This document shows, in pieces, positions 37,401 to 50,020 of a stretch of DNA of 64,000 nt (within the stretch, counting starts at the first letter, position 1; each line of letters starts with the position of its first letter). Both the position numbers and the translations under genes were made by a program. The stretch covers positions 248,001 through 312,000 of the forward strand of contig OZ237745.1 of assembly GCA_965178125.1 (NCBI GenBank), in the 5' to 3' direction. The DNA is from Bilabrum cf. latius. Taxonomy: Eukaryota. The notes beneath the pieces were generated by a model, which saw only the letters and a list, made by a program, of their open reading frames with translations, was not told the origin of the DNA and made no database searches.

Positions 37401-40400
37401 AGCTGCTAGGTACCCCTGCAGCCTGCTTGTCAGCAGCCTCCTTGGCTGACGTCTCGCCCGTGACAAAGGCACCGAAGTATCCGCTCTTCCCATGCTTGTC
37501 ATCGTCCCCGCCAAGGCCTTTACCTGTGTCGATCACCCTGAACACGAGCATTGGAAGCACATAGGACACTTCAACCTTGGTACTGCTTACAGATGCATGT
37601 TTAGCGCCGGCTCGGGCATGCCCCCCTGGTCTTGCGGCCCGATCATCGGAGTCAGGATCGTCCATGGACTCAGATGTGGCAGCGCGAGAGAGCCGCGAAG
37701 TCATCTCTGACTCGAGCTCCAACCCGAGGCCCCTTGCTTGAGTGTCCGCTGGACGCTTGTGGGAGCTTTGCGAGCTGATGGCAGCACTACCGAGGGTCGG
37801 CGGGCCACTCAAAAGGAGCCCAGGTGGTAGTACCCTATCCACCGCGCTAGGCACAGCAGCCATTGCTGCTGCGGATGCACCCCCCCGAGGCGCGATAGAT
37901 GCTTCCTAACAGAACCTACGGGTGTTCCGCAAAACATGGCCACCGAGAGCATTCGGTTTCTTGGCGCGAGCTCGCTCAATGGCTGCCAACAAGCGCTCGC
38001 CTGCATCCCGGGAGCCGTTGCACAGCTCGACGCAGGACTCCAGCTGTTCCTAGCGGTCAGAGCTCCTGGACTGCTGCAGCCGGTACGCACCGCTCTGCTG
38101 GCCTCGCACAGTGCTGGAAGCGCAGCATACTCGAGCTGCTGAAGAGTCCGAATCAGGCGCTCCAGGCTTGCTTATGCCGAGCGCCCACTACGTTTGGTCG
38201 CCATCAACTGCTTGGAACTACTTGCTCTGTTCCGCGTCTCCAGTACCGGACTCGCTGCCTGCAGCGCCTCCGTCTTGGCTCTTCACCCACTGCAGCATCT
38301 TGCTCTCACCGATGGCAGCCAGTGATGGCATCGATGCCATGCCAAGGGATCCTTGCGACTGGTCCTTTCCAACATCATCATAATACATGCGGGCCCACCT
38401 GCTGGACCTGATTTCCTCCTCAACGATCTGCTTGCTGACTGGCCTCAGCCTCACCTGAAGGTCCACCATGATGTACCCCTTCTTGCAGAACTTTGCCGCG
38501 TTTGTCAGGCCGTTGGCGAGAATCTGCGTAATCCTCAGCTCGTCTGCGATCACCACGGGTGGCACAGAGGCAGACACGTGGAACCGAAGAGGCACTTCTG
38601 CGAACGACTGGTGGCTGGAGGCCACTGCCACGATCAACCTCCGGGGGTCCATGGGCGCGGGTGCGATGGGCAGCTTGCCCTGATGCAGCCTGCTGAGGTC
38701 GAGCAGGTCGTTCACCAGCCGATGTAGGGTCTCTGTGCCCTGGTGGATGACGTCCATATCGCCACCACCCGCCTGGATCTGGCCGTGGGCCTGGCCCACC
38801 AGCTGTCTCGCGTGCTGCAGCTGCTGCCCCCCCGCATCCAACTTCCTCTTGGCTGACCCAAGGTCCCGCAGAGCCTTGGCCTGCTGCTCCAGCCGCTTGC
38901 CACCTCGGCTCAACGATCCAGCTGCGGCCGGAGCTTCGCTTGAGTCCAGCTCATCTGACGTGTCGTCCATCTGCGCCGCCGCCAAGAGCCGCTCAGCCGC
39001 CCTCTAACACTGCGCAGCCACCGTCTTATTCTCGACTAGTGCGCTGTCAAGCACGGCCAGAGCCTGTTCGGTGGCCTCCCCCGCGCCTGCCGAGGCCTCT
39101 TTCAGCATGCCCAGGCTGCCGCTGCACAGGTGCAGGGGATTGCGCTGCTCGTGCACCACGAAAGACACGAGGATCTGGTGGGCCTTTTTGGCTGCTTCGA
39201 ATCGAGCCTTCTGCTCCGATCTTTCCCTGTGGTCACGCAGCTGCTGCGCCCTGGACTGAACGAACGCACCTGCCACGAGCATTGTGATGGCGATAGATAC
39301 AAGGATTCCTGCCAGGAGCGGCGCCACGATTGCAGAGTCTCCCTAGTTTGAATAGAACTGATCGGTGATCGCCACGTGGACGGACCACACCCGGTTGCCC
39401 ACCGGGACGAGGTATCCCAGCACCTCTCGCGTGCTCCTCGAGGCGCGGGCCTTAATATAGCTAAGGACCCGCTCCTGAGCCTCGTCGGAGGCCGGGTCAT
39501 CCACCTGATTGACGTCATTGATGGCGTACTGGAACTGACCCAGCCCAGCAGGGACGTCGTGGCGAGGCACCGCATCTGTGCCGACGGAAAACAGGTCAAA
39601 GAGAGGCGAAGTGGCCAGTCGCTAGAATCCAGGAGTTGCTACAGCATAGGCGTACTCATCGTACTCGGTCTCGATTTGTCCGCTGAGCCCGCCGTCCCCG
39701 TCGCTCAGCCTCTCCTCCGCTTCCCGCACCAAGTCGGTCACGTCCTCACTGTAGATGGCCACTGGGGAATCCACGTCGCGCACCAGCTCTGCTTCGTTGG
39801 AGATCGCAGCAAAGAAGAAAACAGCTACTGCGTGCCCCCTCATGATGTGCCCGTTCACGCACCTGCTGCTGCACGGCTCCAGGGGGTGCTCCCTCCTGCC
39901 CTCTTGCACGTCGATGAGGCTCTGGTTGTAGGCAGCCAGCGCGTCTTCTGCAGAAGTGAAGGGCAGGCACACGGCCCTGAAGGCCTCTCCGCAAGCATCG
40001 GTCGAGTTGTGGGTGTACTGCTCCTGCTGCACCACCCTCTAGTCCCCGGTGATGCGGTTGATGCCGGGCGCGATGTCTCCGGCGAGGGCGCCCACGTCGA
40101 TGCCGTCCGCTAGCATCTGCAGCCGGCCTTCGCCCTGCATACCCAAGGAAGAATATACGGGCGCGGCGACAAGGACACCCCTTGCCAGGCCAGTCCTTGA
40201 AACTAGCCGCAGAGGGCCTGTCGTTGCGAACTAATTTAGCCGTGCGGCTGCCTCCATAGCTTGAAGTCTGGGCACGTTTGTGGCCAGGTCCAGGCCAATC
40301 ACGTTTGCCGTTGAACCGTTAAAATCACCGACCATGGTGAGGGGTAAGGCTCGGCGGGCAGCCAGTGCAGTTTGGTTCGCGGCTGCGAGAGGTTCCAGGC

Positions 40401-40881
40401 CGCGACTCCCTATGCCGCGAAGCTCAGTGAAACGGAACCTCGCGCTGTCTGAGTATTCCTCGCTAAGTATTGCTGCTAAAGCATCCATGTGCACTCTGTC
40501 GACCTCTTTGGCAAACCCTACGCCAGAAACAGTTCCAATGTTGCTGCGCGTGACGCGGTCCGCCACGGCTTCGCTGCCCTCTAGGCGCACTCCAAAAGCC
40601 ACGTTCGAGGCAGATGACCCGGACAATGAGACCCGCAGTGCATCTATTTCTGGCAAATGGCTATAAAATGCCTGGACTTGCGCATTCACTCTGAGCTAAG
40701 CCCTCGCTTCAAATGTAGTTAGCACCCGGTCTTGCCTGTTTTCGTACGAAGAAAACGTAATCGCTCCGGTAACCAACAAACAAAGTATAGCAACAACACA
40801 AAGCCACCACACTGGGTGCAACCCGAGCACTGTTGCTACTGGTGGTTCGTCAACGATGCGTTTACCGCTGCCGTCAGTCAT
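34411..40881 (-). CDS. Membrane hybrid histidine kinase 2 (paralog of 7542..14102): TM-CHASE-TM-HisKA-HATPase-receiver, ~2156 aa
   Basis: One frame from ATG 40881 to TGA 34413-34411 through TAGs. Same H-box (FVVHEQRNPLH), N-box, VIDTGKGL, GSGLGLA and receiver motifs; collinear with copy 1 from N- to C-terminus. Confidence 0.9.
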
Positions 40882-41144
40882 GTCGACTGAAACTAGCCGG
40901 GTGAGATACTTCTGGCGAAATGAAGCAGGGAATCAAAAGTGGTAAAAGAGGAGACTATTCGTGGTGCAAACGGTGGCTTCGTCCCGCCGATTTGATCACA
41001 GATTGTGTACGAAATTGCTGTTGCTTTGCGGAGGTCGTTTTGCGACCAAAAACACACGGACTGACCGTCGCCAAATTGCGCAATACGCGCCGGGATCGGG
41101 CGGTGGAAGACAATTCAGACAAATGCAAAACAGCGATAATGAGC

Positions 41145-43313
41145 TCAAGTCTCCATCGCAGCTGCACCGCCGCTGCCTGCCGTGGCATCCGCCTTACTGC
41201 CAGCACCACCAGTCGCTGCCGCACCTTCAGCGGGCGGGTCCGTAGAAAACGGCTTGCTAGGGCGAATCGGGTGCATCCTCACGTACTTGTCGACGTCGAA
41301 CTTCCTCCTCGCGCCATCTAAAGTCATGGGCCGGATCTTGCCGGTCACAGCGGTCTCCTTGAATCCCATGTCGTGCACTCCCATGATCGCCCAGCCGACG
41401 CCGACGAACCCGTTCGGGTCCCGGCCGTCGATCGAGTACCTATCGTTGAGCCGTTGCGCGATCCGAAGCGCGTCCGCGGGCGTTTTGGTCCACTCGAGGA
41501 TCTTCTTGGCCCAGTACATGCGGCACCACCCGTGCATCTTCCCGTCGTGCACCATCTCGCTCTGCGCGGCATTCCACAGAGGGTCGTGCGTCCTTGCGCG
41601 CTCCAATTCCTCCTCACTGTACACTCTCCCCCTCGCGTCCCCCGTATGTTCCGCAAGGGTCTGCCTGGCCCATTGCGCGGCGCCCTCAAGGCTATCGTAC
41701 TAGGGATTGTACAAGCAGAAATTGTCGCTGATCTCGCGCCGGACGAGCACTTGCTCGGCGAACGACTGAGCAGACGTGCTCGCCTTCTTCACGAACAGGC
41801 CCTAAATGTCCGTCTCCGTGATGCGCATCAGCTCGAGGAGCACCCGCTGCGCCGAAATCTGCCCGAAGTGGATGTAGGGGCTGAGTCCGGAGAGCGCGTC
41901 GGGCTTGGTTGGATTCCTGCTGCTCTCTGCGTACCTGAGATAGGGTCGAGACAAGTACCGAGCAAGCGTCTCTTCGGCTGCTCGTTCCCCTGGCCTCGCA
42001 AAGGACACCTCCGGCACGCTCCAGTCGATCTGCAGCGAGGCCGCCACCTGCACCCAGTCGATCCAGCGGCCCTCATCGTCGAGCTGCGCCACGCAGGGAA
42101 CAGCGTCCCCGTCAAAGTCGCTCGAGGCCCGCCCGAACACGCCTTCCGCCACGTCTCCACTCCCTCCTTCTGCCGCTGCCGCTCCACCTGTCGCCGCCCC
42201 GCTGTCGGCAGCCCCTGCCCCAGCCCCAGCCCCAGTCCCCGCGGCCTCTCCCCCGGCACCCTCCATATTCTTCTTCCCCACTGGCATGGACCCATCGCGC
42301 TACGCCGCCCACGACTTCCCGAGGATCTCCGAGTCGTCCACCGCACTCGTCATCTTGATGAGCTGCGGGAATGCAGTGAGGTAGCCGTCAAGCCAAGAGT
42401 GCACCCTGGGCCTGAACGTCCTGGCGCCCACCTCCTGGCGGTCGGATGCCACCCAGGCTGGCACCACGTTGTGCGCGTCCACCTCGACTACCGCGGTCTC
42501 CTTGGGCACGCGCTGGCACACCTGCCGCTTCCAGTCCAGCCCCACCCGCAGCGGGCTGAAATCGGCAACGATGGTGCTTGCGCCGACGGCGCGGGCATAC
42601 CTGGGCAGCTGCTCCGTGGGGTTCCCCAGGAGGACTCGGAATGATATTCCCAGTGCGTGCAGGTCCTGCTCCACGTACCTCAGGCCGCGCAGCATGAAAC
42701 CGTACTGCCGCGCGGTGGCCTGCAGAAACTTCGGCACGAGGCAGAACACGACCACTAGCGTGGTCTTCTTCCGCATTGCCTGCGACTACGCGTGAACCAG
42801 CGCCCAGTTGTCCCTCACCCTCTGGTCTCGAGACATCCACAGGATCACAGGCCCTTTCGCATCCTTGGATCCCGGCTTCAGCCGTCGCCTCCGGCCCTTC
42901 TCCATGGATACGCTCTCGTCATAGTCCCATTCAACGCTATCATATATTCCATTGATACTTATTGGAGCGCGAAGACGCCGCAGCAATCGGGTGTACGGGT
43001 GCTCGTTGGGGTCGCCCGCCGACGCTTCAACAACAGCGGCATGGCGCGAGTTTACGGCGGCAATTCGCTTCAGCGACTGGTCGTGCCACAGCCTGAGTAA
43101 ACTAGCGCATGCCGATTTAACATCGCTCTGCTTTGAAGCCCGCATGAGCCGTCCGACCACGACGCCTGCTCGGCTTCGCTTCAGGGCCGAGACCGTGACT
43201 GGAACGTACTGCAAGCTTTCCAATACCTACTGCACCATACCAGCGTCATCACGAGCAAGTGACCGTTTCAAGTGCGCCAAATGAATCTTCAACGATGACA
43301 AGGGCGTTGTCAT
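41145..43313 (-). CDS. PHR: Class II CPD photolyase with an N-terminal TFIIS-N-like domain, ~722 aa
   Basis: One frame from ATG 43313 to TGA 41147-41145 with five TAGs. [95 protein letters not shown]. Confidence 0.95.
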
Positions 43314-43594
43314 GGCAGACAAAATGGGCCCCCGAGCTTCATGCGGATTATACCTTTAACAACTCCTTACAATGTGGCCGAACGAAAAAGTCACCGAATT
43401 CCGCTCACCAATAGGGCTACACGTGTACAAGCTGCTGCCCACTACCTTGCGTTGATCCTAAATACTCCTGGAATCCATACGTTTGTGTTGGGCCACTAGG
43501 TGCGAACCCAAATCTTGGCTAGTGCGACCGCCGCGGATCGGTTTAGGCAGCATCACCATTGGCCGGTCACCAGAACGCCAGCAAGAGCACACTA

Positions 43595-46500
43595 ATGTCA
43601 TCTAGAGCATCTAGCATATCGTCGGGCAGGGATATTGCTGTTCAGGCAGACGACGTCGAAATTCCTGCCATCTGGGTCAAAACAAAACTCCCAGACGATG
43701 AGGGTGGGCATGAGTACTTTTACCACGCACAGACGCGGGAATGCAGCTATAGCCCACCCCCAGAAGGAGAGAAAGTTTGCACGCAGGAAGAGTTCGACGC
43801 CCTCGTTGACGGAGATGCAGAGGGAGACGAGGACGAAGCTGATGAGATTGTCCTTACTCGAGATACCATCGATGACTGGAAGTTCATAACAGATGAAGAC
43901 GGCGATTCGTTTTGGTACAATAGTAAAACCAACAAGTCCATGTGGGACAACCCGCACGAACTATTGGCGAGGTAGCTGGGAGACGCTCCGCCGGCAGACA
44001 CATCCGCAGGTGCCACCCAGACCGTGAAAGCATTGCAAGACGAAGTGCAGTGAGTCTATGTCGCTTGTTCGCTACGATCCGAAGAGATGCGCAGAGTCAT
44101 CAAATGCTTGCGGGCGAATGGTTTGAGCAGTTGATGCAAGGACTGTAGGATGTGTCTTGACGCTGCAAGTCCGCCGCTGCAAGCGTAAACCAGATCAAGT
44201 TTTCCCGTATCGCTTCGTGCAACTCCGGAGTCAATCTCGCAGGCAGCTCAAGAAGCAGCTCGAAGACGCGAAGGCTCAGCTGAAATCGTCAGAGGAACGC
44301 CGCATCGCTGCCGAGGAGCGGGCAGACCGGCTCGAGGCTGAACTGAAGGACGTGCGAACGAAGAGTCCCGTCGGTAAGAGACCACCAAAGTAGAAACCAG
44401 CTACTAGTAGCAGCGGGGACTCGTCGCCGCGGTCGGGTGGATCCCCGACTTCGCAAGGAAGCAAACGAGCCGGAAACGCACTAGGAGGCAGCAGCGGCAG
44501 CGTGATCGCTACAAGCAGCAAGCAGCCGCCGGGGAAGGACGATATGTCGCCTTCCGCGTTTTCCAAGGGAGCTCCATCCTCCGCAAAGGCCGGCAAACCG
44601 TCTGCTGGCCGCGCGCCGCGGGCGCCGAGCGGCCAGCTGTCGACCGGATCCGTGGCTCCAGACCTGCTCCCCCGAGCCCGCAAGACGCAGAGCTTCCGAA
44701 GACGCTCCGACATATTCGACCTCAACGGCGAGGCGGACGGCATCGTCAGGCGCAGAGCCCGGTCGACGGACTCGTCACACGGCGGCAGGTCCGCTTCAGG
44801 AAGCGCCCAGGCATTGGCCCTGGGAGCGGTGGCGGCGGGCTCCTCTTCAGGGGAGGAAGACTCGGATGATGAGGAGCTGGTCGCGGGAAGCGGGGGCGGT
44901 TTCCCCAGCGCAAGTGCCCAGTACGAGGACGAGAAGGAGGACCCCAGGCGGGGAGACGCCGGACCCGTGGGCGACGTCACCGGGGAGCAGCTCTCATTCG
45001 TCAAGAGCGTACCGCTGTTCCACTCCTTGACCGAGGCGCAGATCGGGGTCCTGCTCAGGAGGCTGAGGAGGGCGCGATTCGCGGCAGGTGACGCGATCAT
45101 CAAGCAAGACAGCGTCGGGGCGAGGTTCTTTGTGATTGCCAGCGGGCGCGTGTCGGTGCACAAGAGCAGTGGAGTGCCGCCCGCCGAGCAGGTCAGGCGC
45201 TTCCGCTTGGCGCAAAAGGAGGACGGCGATGGGGAGGGCACCCAAAGCCCGGAGGCAGCCAAAGCCGGTGGAGGTCTCAAGAAGTCCAGCAGCTTCGGTG
45301 CATTGACCGGCGGGGGGGCAGTGGAACGTCTGGCGGCGGACCTTGCAGGGGGGAGGCCTAAGCCAGGGCACGTGCTGCTGGGGTCCTCGGCGCGTCAGCT
45401 GGGCTCTGGCATGGACGGTCAGGGGCGCGGGGGCGCCACGGGTGGCGTGGACATGCTGCGAGAGCTGGCCAAGCAGGTGGAGGGTCCCGAGGCCAGCTCT
45501 GAGGTGCTGTGGGGGCCCCAGGTGGCCGAGCTCTCCAAGGGATTCTTCTTCGGCGAGCAGAGCCTGATGACCAATGAGCCGAGGTCGGCAACCTGCGTCG
45601 CGGCAGTGGACACGGTCTGCTTCACTCTCGACAGGGAGGGCTTTTCGGATGTCCTGTCGGACGTGCAGGACCTGCTGGGCAAGTCGTCCAAGGAACACAA
45701 CACGGCGGAGACGCCAGAGGCGCTCGCTCTGGCCAAGCATGTCAATACGTACGCAGTGCTGCTTGCGGCAGCTCGGAGAGAGATCGTGGCGGGGGGCGCC
45801 TCGAAGGAGGCTGTGGCTCGATCCTCGGCGGAAGGGGGGGGAGACCTGGACGAGCTGGCCGGAGAGCCTGCCTTGGAGTGCAGGGTGGAGAACGACGCCC
45901 TCATGCCGGCGAGTCGCGCCCTCGTGGAGTCTATGACTGTGTTTGCTCCCGAGCACGGGGCGATCGACATGCTGCAGCGGTGCACGAGGGTGCTGTCCGG
46001 TCTGCTGAACGTGGAGCACTGCAGCCTCTTCATCTACGACGAGGACTCGCAGGAGGTTCTGGTGCACGGTGGATTCGAGTCGCAGGTTCGAGACCCGGAG
46101 AGGCGCGGAGCACTGAGCGACGAGGACGAATTCGAGCAGAGGATCAAGGAGCACCACAGCAGCACGGGGAGGAGGACGAGCCTCACAGGCAGGGGAACCG
46201 TGCTGACGCGCGTGCCGGCCCGGCAGGCCGGCCCCGTGGGATACGTTGCCGCTCGTAGGGAGACGGTCGTCGTGCCCGCCACGGAGTTTGACCTGCGGTT
46301 CCAGAGCCCCGGGGCGGGTGCTGCGGCTGGGGACGGGGGGGAGGCCACCGAGGAGGGCGGGCTCGAGGCGGCTGCAGCGGCCAGCAGCACGCCCGGCGTG
46401 GCCTGGCACGAGCTGGCCTCATCCTCCGCCCAGGAGCTGGGTTGGGACATGACGTACCAGAACCTCGCCAGGCGAGCTGTGGCGGGCGGGCTGCGCGCCG

Positions 46501-49500
46501 GTGGTGGCGTTGGCAACTCTGGGGATGGAGGCGACGATGACGACGCTGAGTGGATGGCCGGTCCAGGCGGTAGTGGTGAGGATGGCGACGACGGCGAATT
46601 CGAGCTGGATAGCATCGCTCTATGTCCGCTCATCGATTCATTTGGGAAGGTCATGGGCGTGCTCGCTGCAGCCAATAAAGGGAAGGGCTGCATGGGCGAG
46701 ACGGGCAGCGACCAGCAGCCCATCGCTGCGGCTGCCGCCGCGGCCGCGGCCGCCGCCGCAGCCCATGCAGCCGCGCAAGGCCGTGGCAAGCGGCCCTCCG
46801 CGAAGAAGGGCGCGCGACGGCTCTCGGCCATGCGATCCTACAACATGTTCGGCGGTGATGAGGACTCTACGCTGGAATCGAAGAGTGATGCGGGTGGCGG
46901 CCGCCGCCGGGCGTCCTCGTCTGTGAGCGGTCGCTCCCGCAGCGTGTCGGGCACGGTGCGTGCACTGACCGTGTCCCTGGACCACATCACCGCGCGTGAT
47001 GAGCTGGTGATCGAGGGTGTCGCCGAGGCCCTCGCCCTGGCACTCGAGCAGCGCAGCACGGAGTTCTCCGCCCTCTTGGGCGCCTCGCACACGGTACCTC
47101 TGCACACCCTCAGCAGCCAGTTCAGGGTGCAGCTTATGGGCGCGAGGGGCTTGCCTCCCAGCAAGGGCTGTACCATCTCCAAGTCCACCAAGCGCGCGAA
47201 GCGGGTGCCGTCCGGGTCCAAGGTACACGTCGAGGTTAGCCTGTTTCACGGTGGGAAGAGCCTGTGCCCTGGCAAGTCGGCCGACCCCGCTCCTCTCGTG
47301 CTCACGACTCGCGAGGACAAGATGAACACGCTGTCTTGCTCGTGGGCGTAGCACGTCTCTATGGACATCCGGTACTGCAATCTCCCAGCCGCCACAAGGT
47401 GCGTGTTCAACGTGAAGCACAGCACGGATGAGCCAGCGGGGTGGGCCGGCCTCTCCCTGTTCGACTTTCAGCAGGTCATGCGCTGCGGTGAGATCGAGCT
47501 GAAGCTTTGGCCCGGAGCAGCGGACGCTCACCTGGCGGCCACGACCACGAGCCTCAGCAACGACCTCGACGACAGCGCACCCGTCCTCATCGTCGGGCTG
47601 CATCGGTTCCGCGCACCCGTAGCTCGCGTTGCCGTGCCGCAGGGGTTCCTGCAGGCGGCAACGCGAGCTGCCGCCGCCAAGCAGCCTGGTCTCGCCGCGG
47701 CGCTCAAGGCGCACGCCGGCACGACCGAAGGTGGGATTTCTGCCGTTTCGGGAAGCGGTGGGGCGGGCGCTGCCGGCGGGGCTGGCGATGGAAGCGATGG
47801 CTCGTCGGGCGGTCGCGGCAGCGTGGTCGGTGCTACCGTTAAGGGTCCACGGGTGCGCAAGACAGCAAGCAGGGCAAGCGGGATTGGGTCCGCGGGCAAG
47901 TCTGCTGCGCCCGAGCCTCCGGACGTTGGACGGATCGTCACGTCGCCCGCGTGGTTTGACGATGCCTGGGCAGCACCCCTGCTGCTGTCCCGCGCGACCA
48001 AAGGCGAGTACTCCGAGTTGAGGGACAGGCTGGCCCACGTCGCCAAATCGGACCCTCTGTACGAGCTCAGCCCCGAGGAGGTGGACATCGTGTGGCGCTG
48101 CAGGCAGCACATTACCAGCGAGCCCAAGCTGCTTCCCAAGTTCCTGCTCGCCGTCAACTGGGCCTCCGGAGCCGCGGTGGCGGAGGCATACCACCTCCTC
48201 GATCAGTGGAGCCCGCCCTCACCCCTGCAGGCACTGCAGCTTCTAGACAGCCACTTCCCAGACCCCAGGGTCCGTGCCTACGCCGTGGAGAGGCTGGAGG
48301 AGATGGACGAGTCGGAGCTTGGGCAGTACCTGCTGCAGCTGTCGCAAGTGCTCAAGTATGAGCTCTTCACCGACTCGGCTCTCGCCCGCTTCCTCCTTCG
48401 CCGATCGCTGAGGCACCCTCGCGTGATCGGTCACCAGCTCTTCTGGCTCCTCAAGGGCGAGATGCATATCTCGGAGGTTGCTCCTCGCTATGGCGTCTTC
48501 CTAGAACAGTACCTGCGGAGCTGCGGGTCCCACCGCACGGAGCTGGGCCACCAGATGTTTGTCATGGCCAAACTGGAGCAGACCGCCATGCAGGTCAAGG
48601 CGGTGTCGGGTGGCAAAGAAGCGAGGAAGCGGTGCATCAAGGAGAGCCTTCCCCGCATCGTGTTCCCTGATCGCTTCCAGCTGCCTCTGTCTCCTCACAT
48701 GGTAGCCAAGGGGTTGCTTGTGGACAAGTGCCGCGTGATGAGCAGCAAGAAGCTGCCGCTGTGGCTCACCTTCGTGGCAGCGGATCCGGCCGATTCTTAG
48801 CCCGGAGGATCGGCCGGGGCGTCGGCTCCAGCAGCGAAGGCTTCCTCCGATGGCGGCTCTGCTTCCTCTGGTGCCGGCGCTGGGGGCGATATGGTAGCAG
48901 CGAAGAAGCCACACGAGACGCTCAGCGTTCTGTTCAAAGCAGGCGACGACCTGCGGCAGGACCAGCTTACTCTGCAGGTGCTCAAGGTAATGGACAAGCT
49001 GTGGAAGAAGGAGGGCCTGAATCTGAACATGAATGCCTACGGCTGCGTCAGCACGGGCGACGAGATCGGCATGCTGGAGATCGTGCTGGATTCGGCCACA
49101 CTCGCCGGTATCCTGCAGGAGAGTCTAGGCGAGGGCAGCGGCATTTTCCATAAGCTGTCTGCCGCCATGACTGCGTACCAGGACGACGTGATTCGGACCT
49201 GGCTGGAGGCGCAGCGAGACAACAAGTCTAACTGGGCGCAGGTGCAGGAGACTTTTTTGCTGTCGCTCGCTGGGTACTGCGTAGCAACGTATGTGCTGGG
49301 GATTGGCGACAGGCACAACGACAACATCATGATCCGGAGGGACGGGGCATTTTTCCACATCGACTTTGGCCATTTCCTGGGCAACTTCAAGAAGAAGTTT
49401 GGGTACAACCGGGAGAAGGCTCCCTTCATCTTCACCCCGGCACTCGCGCGCGTGCTGGACGGCACTGATTCCGCTACGTACAGGCGCTTCGAGGCGGTCT

Positions 49501-49745
49501 GCTGCAGGGCGTACAACGTGCTGCGGAAGCATTCGAACCTCATCATCACCCTGTTTTTCCTCATGGTGAACTGCGGGATCCCTGAACTACGGAGGCCCCA
49601 GGACATGAAGTGGCTGCAGGACAAGCTGATGCCCGACCAGAGCGATGAATTCGCTTCGGAACACTTTAAGGAGCAGCTCAAGATTGCAGTAAGCACGCGA
49701 GCTACTCAGCTGAATGACGCGGCACATCTGTTTGCCCACGCTTGA
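43595..49745 (+). CDS. Phosphoinositide 3-kinase (class I/II-like core) with N-terminal WW x2, coiled coil, cNMP-binding and GAF domains; exons 43595-44049 and 44243-49745; ~1985 aa
   Basis: WW motifs W...EYFYHAQTRECSYSPP and W...SFWYNSKTNKSMWDNP. cNMP: VPLFHSL, IIKQDSVGARFFVIASGRV, FFGEQSL...PRSATC. GAF: CSLFIYD, VGYVA, CPLIDSFGKVMGVLAAANK. C2; helical domain LQLLDSHFPDPRVRAYAV; kinase FKAGDDLRQD, LGIGDRHNDN, HIDFGHFLG. Ends at TGA. Confidence 0.9.
44050..44242 (+). other. Spliceosomal intron of the PI3K gene (193 nt)
   Basis: GTGAGT...CTCGCAG; removal gives a continuous coiled coil ALQDEVQQLKKQLEDAK. Confidence 0.8.
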
Positions 49746-50020
49746 TTTGTATTGTGAATCGGCGGGGCTTCCTTGAAGTCTCTTGTCGCGTGTACTATTT
49801 CACTGCTTTTTTCGGACGCATTCGGTTGCCTCTAGTTCTACAATTTTCGCTTCCGGCAGTCTGTGGCAACTCCAAATCAGAGACATCGTCACGTGCTGCA
49901 AGAGCTGTGCTTGCACATTGAAAATCCCCCACGGTCGACAACGTGAACACGTAGAAAACGTGAACCAATATGAAATTGAGGTAGTTGCGCACTTGAGACA
50001 CTCTATTGCCAGCCTTTGGT

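Noticed and set aside
8342-40102. Inverted kinase copies as terminal inverted repeats of a large mobile element
   Set aside because: The similarity is confined to internal coding blocks of two full genes. No transposase, integrase or target-site duplication was seen, and the enclosed genes are ordinary cellular genes.
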